IMG/VR virus record: IMGVR_UViG_3300010367_000012
Span: 20,856 to 84,855 of that record
Reading direction: 5' to 3' (one strand)
Origin: a virus
DNA: 64,000 bases
Positions 8,886 through 17,905 of the stretch are shown here, piece by piece. The notes below the pieces were generated by a model, which saw only the letters and a program-made list of their open reading frames with translations, was not told the origin of the DNA and made no database searches. Position 1 is the first letter of the stretch, and each line of letters opens with the position of its first letter. The position numbers were made by a program, and so were the translations under genes.

Positions 8886-9332
8886 TTACTTGACAGGCTT
8901 CACCGTGAGGATATTCGGGTACCAAGAGAGAACATGGTTACGAATACCGCGCACGTGGAATGTGTACGTCTGGCCCTTCTTAATCTGACTGTACATGTCC
9001 GAAGAATTCCACTTGCCATTTACCATGGAATCGGAATCCTCAAAGACTCCCTTATCGGTGAAGATAAGGTAAGTGGAAGAATTGTTGTCATTCTTCACCA
9101 ACTTATCCGTAACCGTAGCGGTAACGTCCTTAGTGGGGTGCAGTGCCTCATACAGGCCAACACCACCAAACGTCACCAGACCAAGAGCACCCGCAAGGAG
9201 GATGCCGGAACCGATGTTACGGGACTTGTGAGAACGGTATTGCGGACGCGAGTTATACCGTGTGGTCGGGACACTACGCGCAATGTCGGAAAGCGATTCC
9301 TTGCGCATGCTCGGCTTGCTGTCCTGAACCAT
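8886..9332 (-). CDS. membrane-anchored OB-like secreted protein (DUF1523-like)
   Basis: TM helix followed by VTDK...YLIFTDKGVFEDSDS...G.R...LSWYPNI. Confidence 0.65.
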   Translation of the reverse strand: MVQDSKPSMRKESLSDIARSVPTTRYNSRPQYRSHKSRNIGSGILLAGALGLVTFGGVGLYEALHPTKDVTATVTDKLVKNDNNSSTYLIFTDKGVFEDSDSMVNGKWNSSDMYSQIKKGQTYTFHVRGIRNHVLSWYPNILTVKPVK

Positions 9333-9422
9333 TGATCTATTCTCCTGTTTTCGACGGATTGAATACCTGACTAGATATCCATAGCCAATTTCCCTAATGA
9401 AAGGGAAAGTGACTAAAGCGAC

Positions 9423-9635
9423 CTAGACAGCGAAATTCAGGATTCCCGCACGCTTGGCAGTCTTACGCATAATCACGCGAGACTCACCCTTGATGTGCTT
9501 TGCAGCGTACTGCATTGCTGCTTTCTTCGAAAGGGGAAGGAATGCGCCGAACTCCACGCGCTCACCCTTGCCATTCGGCACAACCACCACGTAGTGATTG
9601 GGGCGAACAAGGTTCATGGGCTGAATCATAAGCAT
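9423..9635 (-). CDS. hypothetical protein
   Basis: 70-aa ORF in the leftward early operon. Confidence 0.65.
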   Translation of the reverse strand: MLMIQPMNLVRPNHYVVVVPNGKGERVEFGAFLPLSKKAAMQYAAKHIKGESRVIMRKTAKRAGILNFAV

Positions 9636-9650
9636 TTCTGTATTTCCTTT

Positions 9651-9842
9651 TCAGATTTTGGTGGCGCTAATGAAAACGACGTGTTCCATACCGATAGTCA
9701 GCGTGTCCCCATGCGCATCGGTTTCGTAGAATACCTCGTTACGACCCTTTGCGAAATTGAGTCGTTCTACAAAGTGTTCATTCATGCGGGGAAGCTTGAG
9801 AGTTCCCGCAAGCGAGATAATCTCAATGTCGTACAGTTCCAT
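9651..9842 (-). CDS. hypothetical protein
   Basis: 63-aa ORF with GAAAGG SD. Confidence 0.65.
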   Translation of the reverse strand: MELYDIEIISLAGTLKLPRMNEHFVERLNFAKGRNEVFYETDAHGDTLTIGMEHVVFISATKI

Positions 9843-9898
9843 TTGGAGCCTTTCATGAAGGGGGAGAGACTGTCAATCCCTCCCCCGTTCAGAGAGTG

Positions 9899-10183
9899 TC
9901 AGGAAGCGCTGTAAGCGCTCTTGAGAGCGGCACGAGCGGCACGCGCACGGTTCTCAAGGGCGAACCACTCGTTACGCTGCTGAGGAGTCCAGAAGTGGAC
10001 ACCCTGAAAACGGGGAGACTTGCGACCGTTCGCAAAAACCAGGTTCGGGAGGTCACGCGAACCCATCATGAAGTTGTCTCCGTAGTCGCGCACCATCTTA
10101 CGGCGCATGATCTCCTGCTGAGTGCGAAGCTTGATCATGACAGGGTGAGCAGCAACCTTGGCAGCGAGCTGAAGAGCGTTCAT
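9899..10183 (-). CDS. basic hypothetical protein
   Basis: MNALQLAAK..., AAGGAG SD; upstream TTGACG promoter near 10230-10260. Confidence 0.7.
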   Translation of the reverse strand: MNALQLAAKVAAHPVMIKLRTQQEIMRRKMVRDYGDNFMMGSRDLPNLVFANGRKSPRFQGVHFWTPQQRNEWFALENRARAARAALKSAYSAS

Positions 10184-10289
10184 TTTTTCTGTCTCCTTGT
10201 GTCTTGCGTCGTTCCCTGCTGACAGATCTAAGACTGTCATACCCTCGCTTGAGCGTCAAGCCCCAACGTTCAAGCAAGAGTAAAACCTC

Positions 10290-10784
10290 TTAGATGCCTG
10301 CTACGTGATCATGGTTGATGTAGTCAGTGACTGTACCGTCACGATGCGTCACGCTGTAGCATGAACCATTATTTGCGTGGAATGCCGAAGAAATAAGCCC
10401 GTACTTGATAACGGGATTCTTTTCTTCATCCTTTGTCAGAATGGCAACACTTGCACCAATCGACCGAGAATTGTGAATCTGATTTCCCCGGAGCATAGAG
10501 AAATGCTCAATAGTGAGGTAATTCTCATGTGCCGTGTCTTCCTCAGTGACAGGAACATACTTGCGCACGTCGGAGCTGTCAACGCTCCATTCCTGCCCGC
10601 TCGTGTCGAGAACGTACCTTCCCGCGTCGCTCCGATACCGCACAACGATACCGGTAATGAGCTTGTACCCACGAGGAGCCTTCACAAGGGCAGTGACGCT
10701 ATCCCCAACGTCACCACGTGCGCTAGTCTTCTTCCGAAGGTCCTGGAATTCCCGAACAGCCCTGAAGGATTCGGAGACGGACAT
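10290..10784 (-). CDS. hypothetical protein with SH3/KOW-like repeats
   Basis: 164 aa, GAGAGG SD. Confidence 0.7.
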   Translation of the reverse strand: MSVSESFRAVREFQDLRKKTSARGDVGDSVTALVKAPRGYKLITGIVVRYRSDAGRYVLDTSGQEWSVDSSDVRKYVPVTEEDTAHENYLTIEHFSMLRGNQIHNSRSIGASVAILTKDEEKNPVIKYGLISSAFHANNGSCYSVTHRDGTVTDYINHDHVAGI

Positions 10785-10863
10785 ATCTAATTCCTCTCGT
10801 ATTGCTGGCAGGATTAGCCAGACTTACCCAATCCCCCATTTCTGGGGGAATGAGTAGGCTTGT

Positions 10864-11160
10864 CTAAGCCTCTTCAAACAGTGTCATTGCGTGCCGCTCA
10901 CCGTGGAGCCACGATCCACAACTATCACAGTCCGAAGTACTGTACGAGCGTTCCTCACAATCGCAGAAACCCTCTCCGTCACAGTCTTCCGCATGGTCAC
11001 CCAAACGCATGCCCATAGCTACCGTGAAAGGCCACACAATGAGGCACAAAGGCTCTTCATCGTGCCCATGGTCTGAATGACAGTCTCCACACTCACCATT
11101 TGCATGATGGTGCAGACAATTGCCACAAACCCAAATGGTCCCGTAATCCTTAAGTGCCAT
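10864..11160 (-). CDS. Cys/His-rich Zn-binding protein
   Basis: CGNCLHHHANGECGDC...CDCE...CDSCGSWLHGERH. Confidence 0.75.
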   Translation of the reverse strand: MALKDYGTIWVCGNCLHHHANGECGDCHSDHGHDEEPLCLIVWPFTVAMGMRLGDHAEDCDGEGFCDCEERSYSTSDCDSCGSWLHGERHAMTLFEEA

Positions 11161-11354
11161 TAATTCTTTCCCCTCTCCTGCTTATCCCAGATGATAAACA
11201 GAACATAGGTCATTGGCCAAATTACAGCCATACCCAGCGCTGTACCGAATCGCTCTATTTCTGAAACTTCCTCATCACCCATAGAAAGGGCGAGAATTAG
11301 AAGGAAGAACCAGAACGTCACGAAACCATATGCGGCGAGAAAAGTAAACATCAC
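11160..11354 (-). CDS. small membrane protein
   Basis: Two hydrophobic segments with a WP motif. Confidence 0.7.
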   Translation of the reverse strand: MMFTFLAAYGFVTFWFFLLILALSMGDEEVSEIERFGTALGMAVIWPMTYVLFIIWDKQERGKN

Positions 11355-11485
11355 TCGCCAACAAGTGCGGTGAACTCAACAGCCGTGAACCACTCGAACG
11401 TGTCGTCACTCCAGAGGACACAACGCGCGCCGTTGTCACGCACACCACAGGTGAAACCGTCGACGTCGTTACGCTGAACAGCCAT
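11351..11485 (-). CDS. small protein (44 aa, missed by the ORF track)
   Basis: MAVQRNDVDGFTCGVRDNGARCVLWSDDTFEWFTAVEFTALVGE; GAGAGG SD; stop overlaps the next start. Confidence 0.6.
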   Translation of the reverse strand: MAVQRNDVDGFTCGVRDNGARCVLWSDDTFEWFTAVEFTALVGE

Positions 11486-11564
11486 TGTTTTAGCCTCTCG
11501 TCTGTCACCCTGTCTAGGTGGACAGTGCAGAGCTTAGCGCTTGTCTAAGCCCCACACAACCCCT

Positions 11565-11711
11565 CTAGCGCGTCAGCAAGTCCAAGTAATGCCAGTACAT
11601 CGCTTCTGCTTTCTTACGCCAGTACTCCCGATACTGGGAGCGTGACAAACCCTCACCCGTCATGCGCGTCTCATAGAACTTCAAACGCCGTTCCATCTCT
11701 TCGCGTGACAT
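11565..11711 (-). CDS. small helical protein
   Basis: MSREEMERR..., GGAGG SD. Confidence 0.65.
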   Translation of the reverse strand: MSREEMERRLKFYETRMTGEGLSRSQYREYWRKKAEAMYWHYLDLLTR

Positions 11712-11800
11712 GTGCTTACCTCCTGGTCTAGGTGAACAACACCCATCTAAGCACATGCGCTAACGCGAGTCAACACATGTCTTAGAGGGATGCAAGACAT

Positions 11801-11998
11801 CTAGAACAGTCCGCCAAACAGCAGGAATACCGCAGCGATGAGAAGGACGTAACCAATCATGATCGGCCACGCAAACAGCAGACCAAGAGTGATCTTGAGC
11901 TTATACCGCTTGCCTTTATCGCTTTCCAGCATTCCGTAATTGCCGATGAGTGCAAAAGCTACACCCATAAGCAGATATGCAATTATCCAATTGATCAC
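11801..11998 (-). CDS. small membrane protein
   Basis: Two TM segments with a WP motif, similar in pattern to 11160-11354. Confidence 0.7.
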   Translation of the reverse strand: MINWIIAYLLMGVAFALIGNYGMLESDKGKRYKLKITLGLLFAWPIMIGYVLLIAAVFLLFGGLF

Positions 11999-12183
11999 AG
12001 CGTGCCCTCTCCCATTTCAGTGACACGAACCAAAGTGTCACGCTGAACATAAATCTTGTGGATTCCTTGACCGATGTATTCCCGGTCAATTACTCCAGTG
12101 TCGTACTTATTAGGGTTTTCCTCGCTGTCAATGAGCTGCAAGAGAACACCCGCGATTTCTTCGGCAGAGTAAATCTTCTGCAT
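11995..12183 (-). CDS. hypothetical protein
   Basis: 62 aa, GGGAG SD, 4-nt overlap with the next gene. Confidence 0.7.
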   Translation of the reverse strand: MQKIYSAEEIAGVLLQLIDSEENPNKYDTGVIDREYIGQGIHKIYVQRDTLVRVTEMGEGTL

Positions 12184-12263
12184 TTCTCGCTCCCTAATTG
12201 GTGGAGTAATCCACTCGGACTATAGGGACACAATCCCTACGTATTTCCGAGTAGAAAGCACCA

Positions 12264-12494
12264 TCAATTACAGCGGTAAACAGCCTTCATGAACAGTTCA
12301 CGATTGAAACTCGGATTATCGTCCGCGAACCAATCCGCAAACTCATCTGCGAGTGAGTCAAGCTGAGCATATTCGCCCGCCATTTCAGGCAGGATCAGCC
12401 CAGGAATTGACACACCATCCACACTCGCAAGACACGTACGAATACGTGCATTGAGAATGTCGGCAGTCTTCTGAAAGTGCGTACGAGTCATCAT
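12264..12494 (-). CDS. hypothetical protein
   Basis: MMTRTHFQKTADIL...LADEFADWFADDNPSFNRELFMKA, a common small phage protein pattern. Confidence 0.7.
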   Translation of the reverse strand: MMTRTHFQKTADILNARIRTCLASVDGVSIPGLILPEMAGEYAQLDSLADEFADWFADDNPSFNRELFMKAVYRCN

Positions 12495-12495
12495 G

Positions 12496-12798
12496 TCAGT
12501 TTCTGACTTTCTGTCGGTCGGCAATATACGCCTTGAGGGCATCGAGTTCCTGTTGATTTGTCCTATTCGCATTGTCGTATTCACTCTGACTTGCGAAGTC
12601 GGAAATACCCATGTCATCCGTTACCGCTCCCATTGTGCTGAGAGTGGTTGAATTCGGAGAACCAGGAGAATGCCACCATGACGCAATTGTCTGTGCGCAT
12701 GCATCGGAAATCATCGTTCCGAATCGGAAGAATTCCCATACTTCGAACTCTACTTCATCATTGGAAAGGTGAAACTCCCAATTTCTGTACACAATCAT
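12496..12798 (-). CDS. hypothetical protein
   Basis: 100 aa, GGAAAGG SD; ISDACAQTIASWWHSPG. Confidence 0.7.
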   Translation of the reverse strand: MIVYRNWEFHLSNDEVEFEVWEFFRFGTMISDACAQTIASWWHSPGSPNSTTLSTMGAVTDDMGISDFASQSEYDNANRTNQQELDALKAYIADRQKVRN

Positions 12799-12992
12799 TG
12801 GACTTTCCTTTCCCTAGACAGTCCTAGAATCGCTGGGATCTAGTAATTATTACGCCTTGCGTTGCTTACGCTTATTGCACACTGTGCAACGCTTTATTTG
12901 CCAGAGTTCTTGCCACGTTCCGGCCCAAGGAAATAGGGGAGAGTCAAACGTTCTCACCTGATCCTGCCACGGTCCGTATTTATGAATGTGGA

Positions 12993-13364
12993 TCACTTGC
13001 TCAGCCTCGCAAGCTTGGACAGATTGTCAGCCTTACGGCCGACAGAAATCTTTTCTGTCTTTGACACATAGGTTCGAGCTTGACGCTTAACCTCATTGAG
13101 GTCATTTGTCCAGGCCAAACCATACTCATCCCAACCCTTTTCATATGCCCCATTGCAGGAACATCCCGAGTCGGAATAGATAGCGTATTCACCATTTGAA
13201 TTGAGAACGATGGCAGTCATCCACCAATCGTAGTCAGCATAAGAACTGACATCCCAAACGATGATTACAGGATTTTCACCCTTAGAATCATTCCACGTGT
13301 AGCCAATCACTGAATTTCTCCAGTTTCTGACCCCAGCGATTTTAGCGCTGTCTAGAGAGGGCAC
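12993..13364 (-). CDS. hypothetical protein
   Basis: 123 aa with DSGCSC motif. Confidence 0.7.
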   Translation of the reverse strand: MPSLDSAKIAGVRNWRNSVIGYTWNDSKGENPVIIVWDVSSYADYDWWMTAIVLNSNGEYAIYSDSGCSCNGAYEKGWDEYGLAWTNDLNEVKRQARTYVSKTEKISVGRKADNLSKLARLSK

Positions 13365-13731
13365 GCTGTTTAGTTCTCAAAGAGCAGTGAAGCACGGGCA
13401 CACTATGTGTCGTTTAATCTCTATGATTTACATTCAAGAGACCCGCTGTGTTGCTGTCTTGCTGGTCACTATCCTTGCACTTGCTGTCTTGCCTGTCAAC
13501 TCCCCTTGTGAGCGTCCCTCGCGTCGTTTTAGGCCCGTAGGCTGTCCCGCTTGGGCTGTGCTCTGTGGTGCCAACAGGGAGGACACTACGCACCATGGGG
13601 GAGCGTGTCAAGCCCTACCCGAAACGCTCTGTGTGCCTGTCTAAGAGCCTCACACCCCCTAGTGAGTCTCTGTGGTCACCAGACATGCCAAAGGGCCCTA
13701 GAGACGTCTCTAGGGCCCTACAGGGGTACAG

Positions 13732-13857
13732 CTAGGGAGTCTGAACCGTGACTAGGTTCTGTCCGTCCCTCACTCCAGCATCCCAACCCATGATCACACC
13801 CGCGCTGTATGCAATTACAACCAATAGAGCTACAGAGAAAGTCAGAATGAATTTCAT
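13732..13857 (-). CDS. small membrane protein (41 aa, missed by the ORF track)
   Basis: MKFILTFSVALLVVIAYSAGVIMGWDAGVRDGQNLVTVQTP; AGGA SD. Confidence 0.5.
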   Translation of the reverse strand: MKFILTFSVALLVVIAYSAGVIMGWDAGVRDGQNLVTVQTP

Positions 13858-13959
13858 TATCTCTATTCCTAATGAGAGAGGTATTTATGGAGAAATATAA
13901 ATAGGTAGATACCTAGAAATAGATTCTAAATATCTACCTATTTATATATGTATTTATGT

Positions 13960-14163
13960 TTAGAGGGTAGCGATCACATCAGAAGTTGTCAACCCCTGAT
14001 TTAGATTGCCAATTGCGCTATCAATCATGAACAGAGTTTCAGGGAGATTAGTACCGAATGCCGTACGGTAAATCTTGGTTGCCTGAAGTCGTGTTGTGTC
14101 TCCGCGCTTAATCATTTCTGCGAGGAGCATAGCCAGACTTACAGCGCGCTGAATTTCATTCAT
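13960..14163 (-). CDS. hypothetical protein
   Basis: 67 aa, GGAGAA SD. Confidence 0.65.
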   Translation of the reverse strand: MNEIQRAVSLAMLLAEMIKRGDTTRLQATKIYRTAFGTNLPETLFMIDSAIGNLNQGLTTSDVIATL

Positions 14164-14166
14164 TGC

Positions 14167-14376
14167 TCATTCTCCTTGCTCAGTCTTGGTGATCATTACG
14201 TCAAGAGCATCACGCCACTTGCGCGCATCGTCAAGCGTGAGGTATATGGACACATCACGCGTAGGCTCACGCTCTAGGACAATCCGGACATGAGTTCTTA
14301 TGCCCTCCCCAGGGATGAGCGCGCGTCCAATGCTCCGCACCGTTGCTAGCCACGTTGCTTTAGGTCTACCGGCCAT
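14167..14376 (-). CDS. hypothetical protein
   Basis: 69-aa ORF. Confidence 0.6.
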   Translation of the reverse strand: MAGRPKATWLATVRSIGRALIPGEGIRTHVRIVLEREPTRDVSIYLTLDDARKWRDALDVMITKTEQGE

Positions 14377-14487
14377 AGTCTCTCAGTGCCTCTCTAACAA
14401 GATCGTTTAGGTGGGTTGGGGGAAGTGCCCAGGGTGCCCCTTTGATCTTGCTAGAGGCACCCTGTAGCACGTTCTAGGGGGTGTTGC

Positions 14488-16281
14488 TCACTCACCCCAG
14501 GGAAGCGCGTGAGTGTGAGCGCATGTCTCGCCATATCCGACAGTCACGGAACGGTCATCCGTGAGTGCCTTAGTGCAGAACACGCAACGCGAGTGAGTGT
14601 GGCCGAACCGTGCCGCATCCTCAGCGCTTACCGCGTCGCTTGCCTTAATCACGTGAATGGATTTCGGGGAGTACTCCCAACCATTGTCAGTGAACTTAAC
14701 GGCGTACGCCGTTCCCTTTACCGTGCGAATCTTGAAATACGAGTTGTTGAAGAAATAGACACCGTTCATATCCACGGTGACATTCTCCGCGCGCATTTCA
14801 TCCTTTGCCTTAATAGGCGCGTCCTTAACCTTTGCATTCTCGGTAATGCCATCCGTGAGAGTGCAACGGGTGAGCGCGGTTTCAGCCGCACCCTTCCAAT
14901 CCTTGTGAGCCTTGATACCGGCCGTAAGGCTCACACGCTCCCCAATCATCCCGTCAAGCTTAGGGGAGGATGCAAACCAGGAATACACGTTACCGGATGC
15001 GTCAGACAGCTTGTAAAGCGTTGACGAACCGTATTGCGTCTCAATGTGCCGCTCACTCTCCACAGTGAGGGACAGTGCCCAACGCTCCCCAATTTCGCCC
15101 ACATGAACGGACGTGCTTTCCTGCTTTTCGACTTTCTGAATAAAAGTCTTTTCCAGGAATCGCGCCCAAGCTTGGGGAGCGCTAGCGAGAATTCCCATAT
15201 TGCGGAATGAAACCTTATCGGCACCCGCAACGCTTTTCATGTTGAGCACGTATTCAGAGTTTCCGCTGAATTCATCCGAGAGAATCCACGCGCGCAATTC
15301 CTCAGCGCGCCCGTACATTTCCTCAGAATACTTAGCGAGCCGCTTAAGGTCCGCGAGATATTCCGCATTCCACTTGTCAGGCTTAGGAGGGTCGATTACA
15401 TCCAATACCATTCCCTTTGTTGCCCCCGGCTCATTCGTGCGAATGAAACCGTATTCCGTGACGCATGCCCACGAAATGGCAAGCGCGGTAAGCGTGGAAA
15501 CGTCAGAACGTCCACCACCAAAACCGCCGGACATTTCCTCAACGTCCTTTGCCATGCGGTCGAATGTGTAAGGCAATGCAGCCCAACCCGTAAAGTCCTT
15601 AATGCAAGAACTTCCGACCTGAATTTGTTCGCCCGTTTCCGTATTCCGCATCACATAGGTGTTTTTGCGGTAACGGTCCGTCTGGCAATGGTCGCACCAT
15701 CCCTCACGCAATTCGGAACGGTCAATCGACTTTACGCCCGGATACGTGCGCACAATCAATCCCGCGTGCTGGTCATAATCCAGAGTCGCAATGAATTCCC
15801 AGTTAGGGAGTTTCGGCGCAATTCCAGTAATGCGCGTCATGTACACAATGGTTTCGACCTTTACGCCGAAAACATTCTCTGTCTTTTTGGTTTCCTCGCG
15901 GTATTCGACATTCAAACCGCCCGGAATTCCACGCTTAGCGCAACGCGCATTGATCTTTTCGATCTTTTCGCGCGTCATTTCCAGTTCAAAGGAATTCAAC
16001 TCGAATTCCCACGTAATGAATTCCTCCGTGATTTCCGAGGAATTCTCTACCGACTCACGCATACGCATTTCCCTTTCTGCCTTACGCGCACGGTCGTTGA
16101 TACGGCGCGCATCCGGATTGATACGGACACACGTACGGCACATGCGCCGCTCACTGCCCTTACCGGGCATGACCACACGTCCACATGCGCTCACGTCATG
16201 CGCCATGCCCTTAGTGATCACGTGCATTACCGCGCCGTGCAACCGTGCACCCGTTGCGACAGTCTGAGCGTTCATGATCAT
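14488..16281 (-). CDS. large early protein with a Zn-binding motif, OB-fold-like region and C-terminal DUF6011-like Zn ribbon
   Basis: 597 aa; CDHC-x25-C; C-terminal CVFCTKALTDDRSVTVGYGETCA; AGGAGAG SD. Confidence 0.75.
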   Translation of the reverse strand: MIMNAQTVATGARLHGAVMHVITKGMAHDVSACGRVVMPGKGSERRMCRTCVRINPDARRINDRARKAEREMRMRESVENSSEITEEFITWEFELNSFELEMTREKIEKINARCAKRGIPGGLNVEYREETKKTENVFGVKVETIVYMTRITGIAPKLPNWEFIATLDYDQHAGLIVRTYPGVKSIDRSELREGWCDHCQTDRYRKNTYVMRNTETGEQIQVGSSCIKDFTGWAALPYTFDRMAKDVEEMSGGFGGGRSDVSTLTALAISWACVTEYGFIRTNEPGATKGMVLDVIDPPKPDKWNAEYLADLKRLAKYSEEMYGRAEELRAWILSDEFSGNSEYVLNMKSVAGADKVSFRNMGILASAPQAWARFLEKTFIQKVEKQESTSVHVGEIGERWALSLTVESERHIETQYGSSTLYKLSDASGNVYSWFASSPKLDGMIGERVSLTAGIKAHKDWKGAAETALTRCTLTDGITENAKVKDAPIKAKDEMRAENVTVDMNGVYFFNNSYFKIRTVKGTAYAVKFTDNGWEYSPKSIHVIKASDAVSAEDAARFGHTHSRCVFCTKALTDDRSVTVGYGETCAHTHALPWGE

Positions 16282-16399
16282 CTCTCCTGTGAGTCTCTGT
16301 GTGGCTGTCTAGCGTGATCGTTTAGGTGGGGTGAGGGAAACGGGCCTAGATGCATCCCTAGACGTTCCTAGGCCCGTTTCTGTGGCTTACAGCGTGTCT

Positions 16400-17905
16400 C
16401 TAGATGTCTGCCACGTCGTGAACCGTGATGATGCTTGCCCAACCATGGCGGGGGGTGCCCGTTCCGTGTGTCCGGCCGTACTCATCTGCCACACGGTCCC
16501 AATCCATGCACTGAGCGGCATTCATGGTGAGCGTGACCCAACCAAGGGAAATACGCGTTCCGGTCGTTTCGTCAACGATCACGGACAGCTCATATTCCTT
16601 GGTAACCAGGGTCTCAACGAAACCAGCGTCGGAATCGTCATCCTGCGATTCCTGCGCCTTACGCTGTGTTTCCTGCGCCATTTCAACGGCTGCACTCATG
16701 TTGTCCGGAGTGATGAGATCCATAAGCGTGAGCTTAGGAGCGTCATCCTTGAATGCGTTGTGAATAGGCGACTCATCACCTTCACACACGAACTCTGCAA
16801 AGTGCGCGCGATTGTCAATGCTCCGGCAATTCGTGCACTCATACTTGATACCCGCGCGCTCAGTCTCTCCGAAGAACACAAGAGAGTGAGTGTCGAGAGT
16901 GGCGAACGAACGGCCGTTGTCGACGCAATACCCGCACACGTGCTTACCGTCAACGTCCGTGGAATTCTCCGCAACGTTGCCGAATACCTCACACACAGTG
17001 CAACGCTCAGAATCGAGCGGAGCATTACCGAGCATCCATCGGCCACCCGTAAACAGAACGGGCATTCCCTGAATTGCTCCCATGGGAATTGACAGACAAC
17101 CCATGATCTTAATTCCGTCGTAATCGTCGTTTGCGTGATTGATCATGTCGTGAGCGTCGCCATTCTCAACGTCCGCGTACTCAAATTCGATGATCTCTGC
17201 CACGGATGCAAAGGGGAACTCATACATACCGAGACCCTTACGCGCGTTGTGACGCTTCATTTCGCGCACAATGTCACGGCAACCGGGGGCGTGATAGTGA
17301 TTCATGCCGTTCATGCCCATGTGAGCCTGCACGACGTTGACAGTGTCGACGTTGTCACCCTTGCCACCCCACACAGAAGGGTCAACGGGGGCAATGGTGA
17401 TGTGATCACCCAACTTGTCACGGTCGAAATCGCACACACCCTCAGTTTTGCCCACATAGTCACTGAACATGCCCGTTACGGGACGTCCACACCCGAAGTA
17501 GCACTCACCGGTCAAAGCGGACATTTCGGGGATCATGTCGAAACCCTCTGCGCCGTTCACAGTGACCGTAGGCACGTCGTTGGACTCATCCCCCATGGGA
17601 GCGTCTACAGGCTCCACAACGGCCGATTCCGGGGCGGGAAGGGTGAACAGTGCGAGTGAGTCAACGTCATCACTTACGGACGTCCGGTAACCCTTGCTAG
17701 CGATCACGTCAACGTTCCGGACACTGTGAAGGATGCTCACACCCTGGACAGTGAGGGAGCGCGTACCGTCCACCACCACACCCGCACGGATAAGGGCATT
17801 GATCGTCTGTCCCTTTGCCGTAGTCAGTTCGTATGAGCCGTTGTCGCGCATGGTTGCTTCCCGCATGGCGATGATCTGAGCAGTGGTGATGTTGATCTTG
17901 CGCAT
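16400..17905 (-). CDS. large acidic early protein with multiple CxxC motifs
   Basis: About 500 aa from ATG 17905 (GAGGGAG SD); CYFGC, CTVC..CGYC, CTNC. Confidence 0.75.
   Translation of the reverse strand: MRKINITTAQIIAMREATMRDNGSYELTTAKGQTINALIRAGVVVDGTRSLTVQGVSILHSVRNVDVIASKGYRTSVSDDVDSLALFTLPAPESAVVEPVDAPMGDESNDVPTVTVNGAEGFDMIPEMSALTGECYFGCGRPVTGMFSDYVGKTEGVCDFDRDKLGDHITIAPVDPSVWGGKGDNVDTVNVVQAHMGMNGMNHYHAPGCRDIVREMKRHNARKGLGMYEFPFASVAEIIEFEYADVENGDAHDMINHANDDYDGIKIMGCLSIPMGAIQGMPVLFTGGRWMLGNAPLDSERCTVCEVFGNVAENSTDVDGKHVCGYCVDNGRSFATLDTHSLVFFGETERAGIKYECTNCRSIDNRAHFAEFVCEGDESPIHNAFKDDAPKLTLMDLITPDNMSAAVEMAQETQRKAQESQDDDSDAGFVETLVTKEYELSVIVDETTGTRISLGWVTLTMNAAQCMDWDRVADEYGRTHGTGTPRHGWASIITVHDVADI

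Noticed and set aside
6566-17659. Long opposite-strand ORFs (e.g. 6566-7363, 14509-15024, 15625-16317, 16331-17092, 17135-17659)
   Set aside because: They are shadow ORFs of codon-biased genes on the other strand, with no SD or recognisable motifs.
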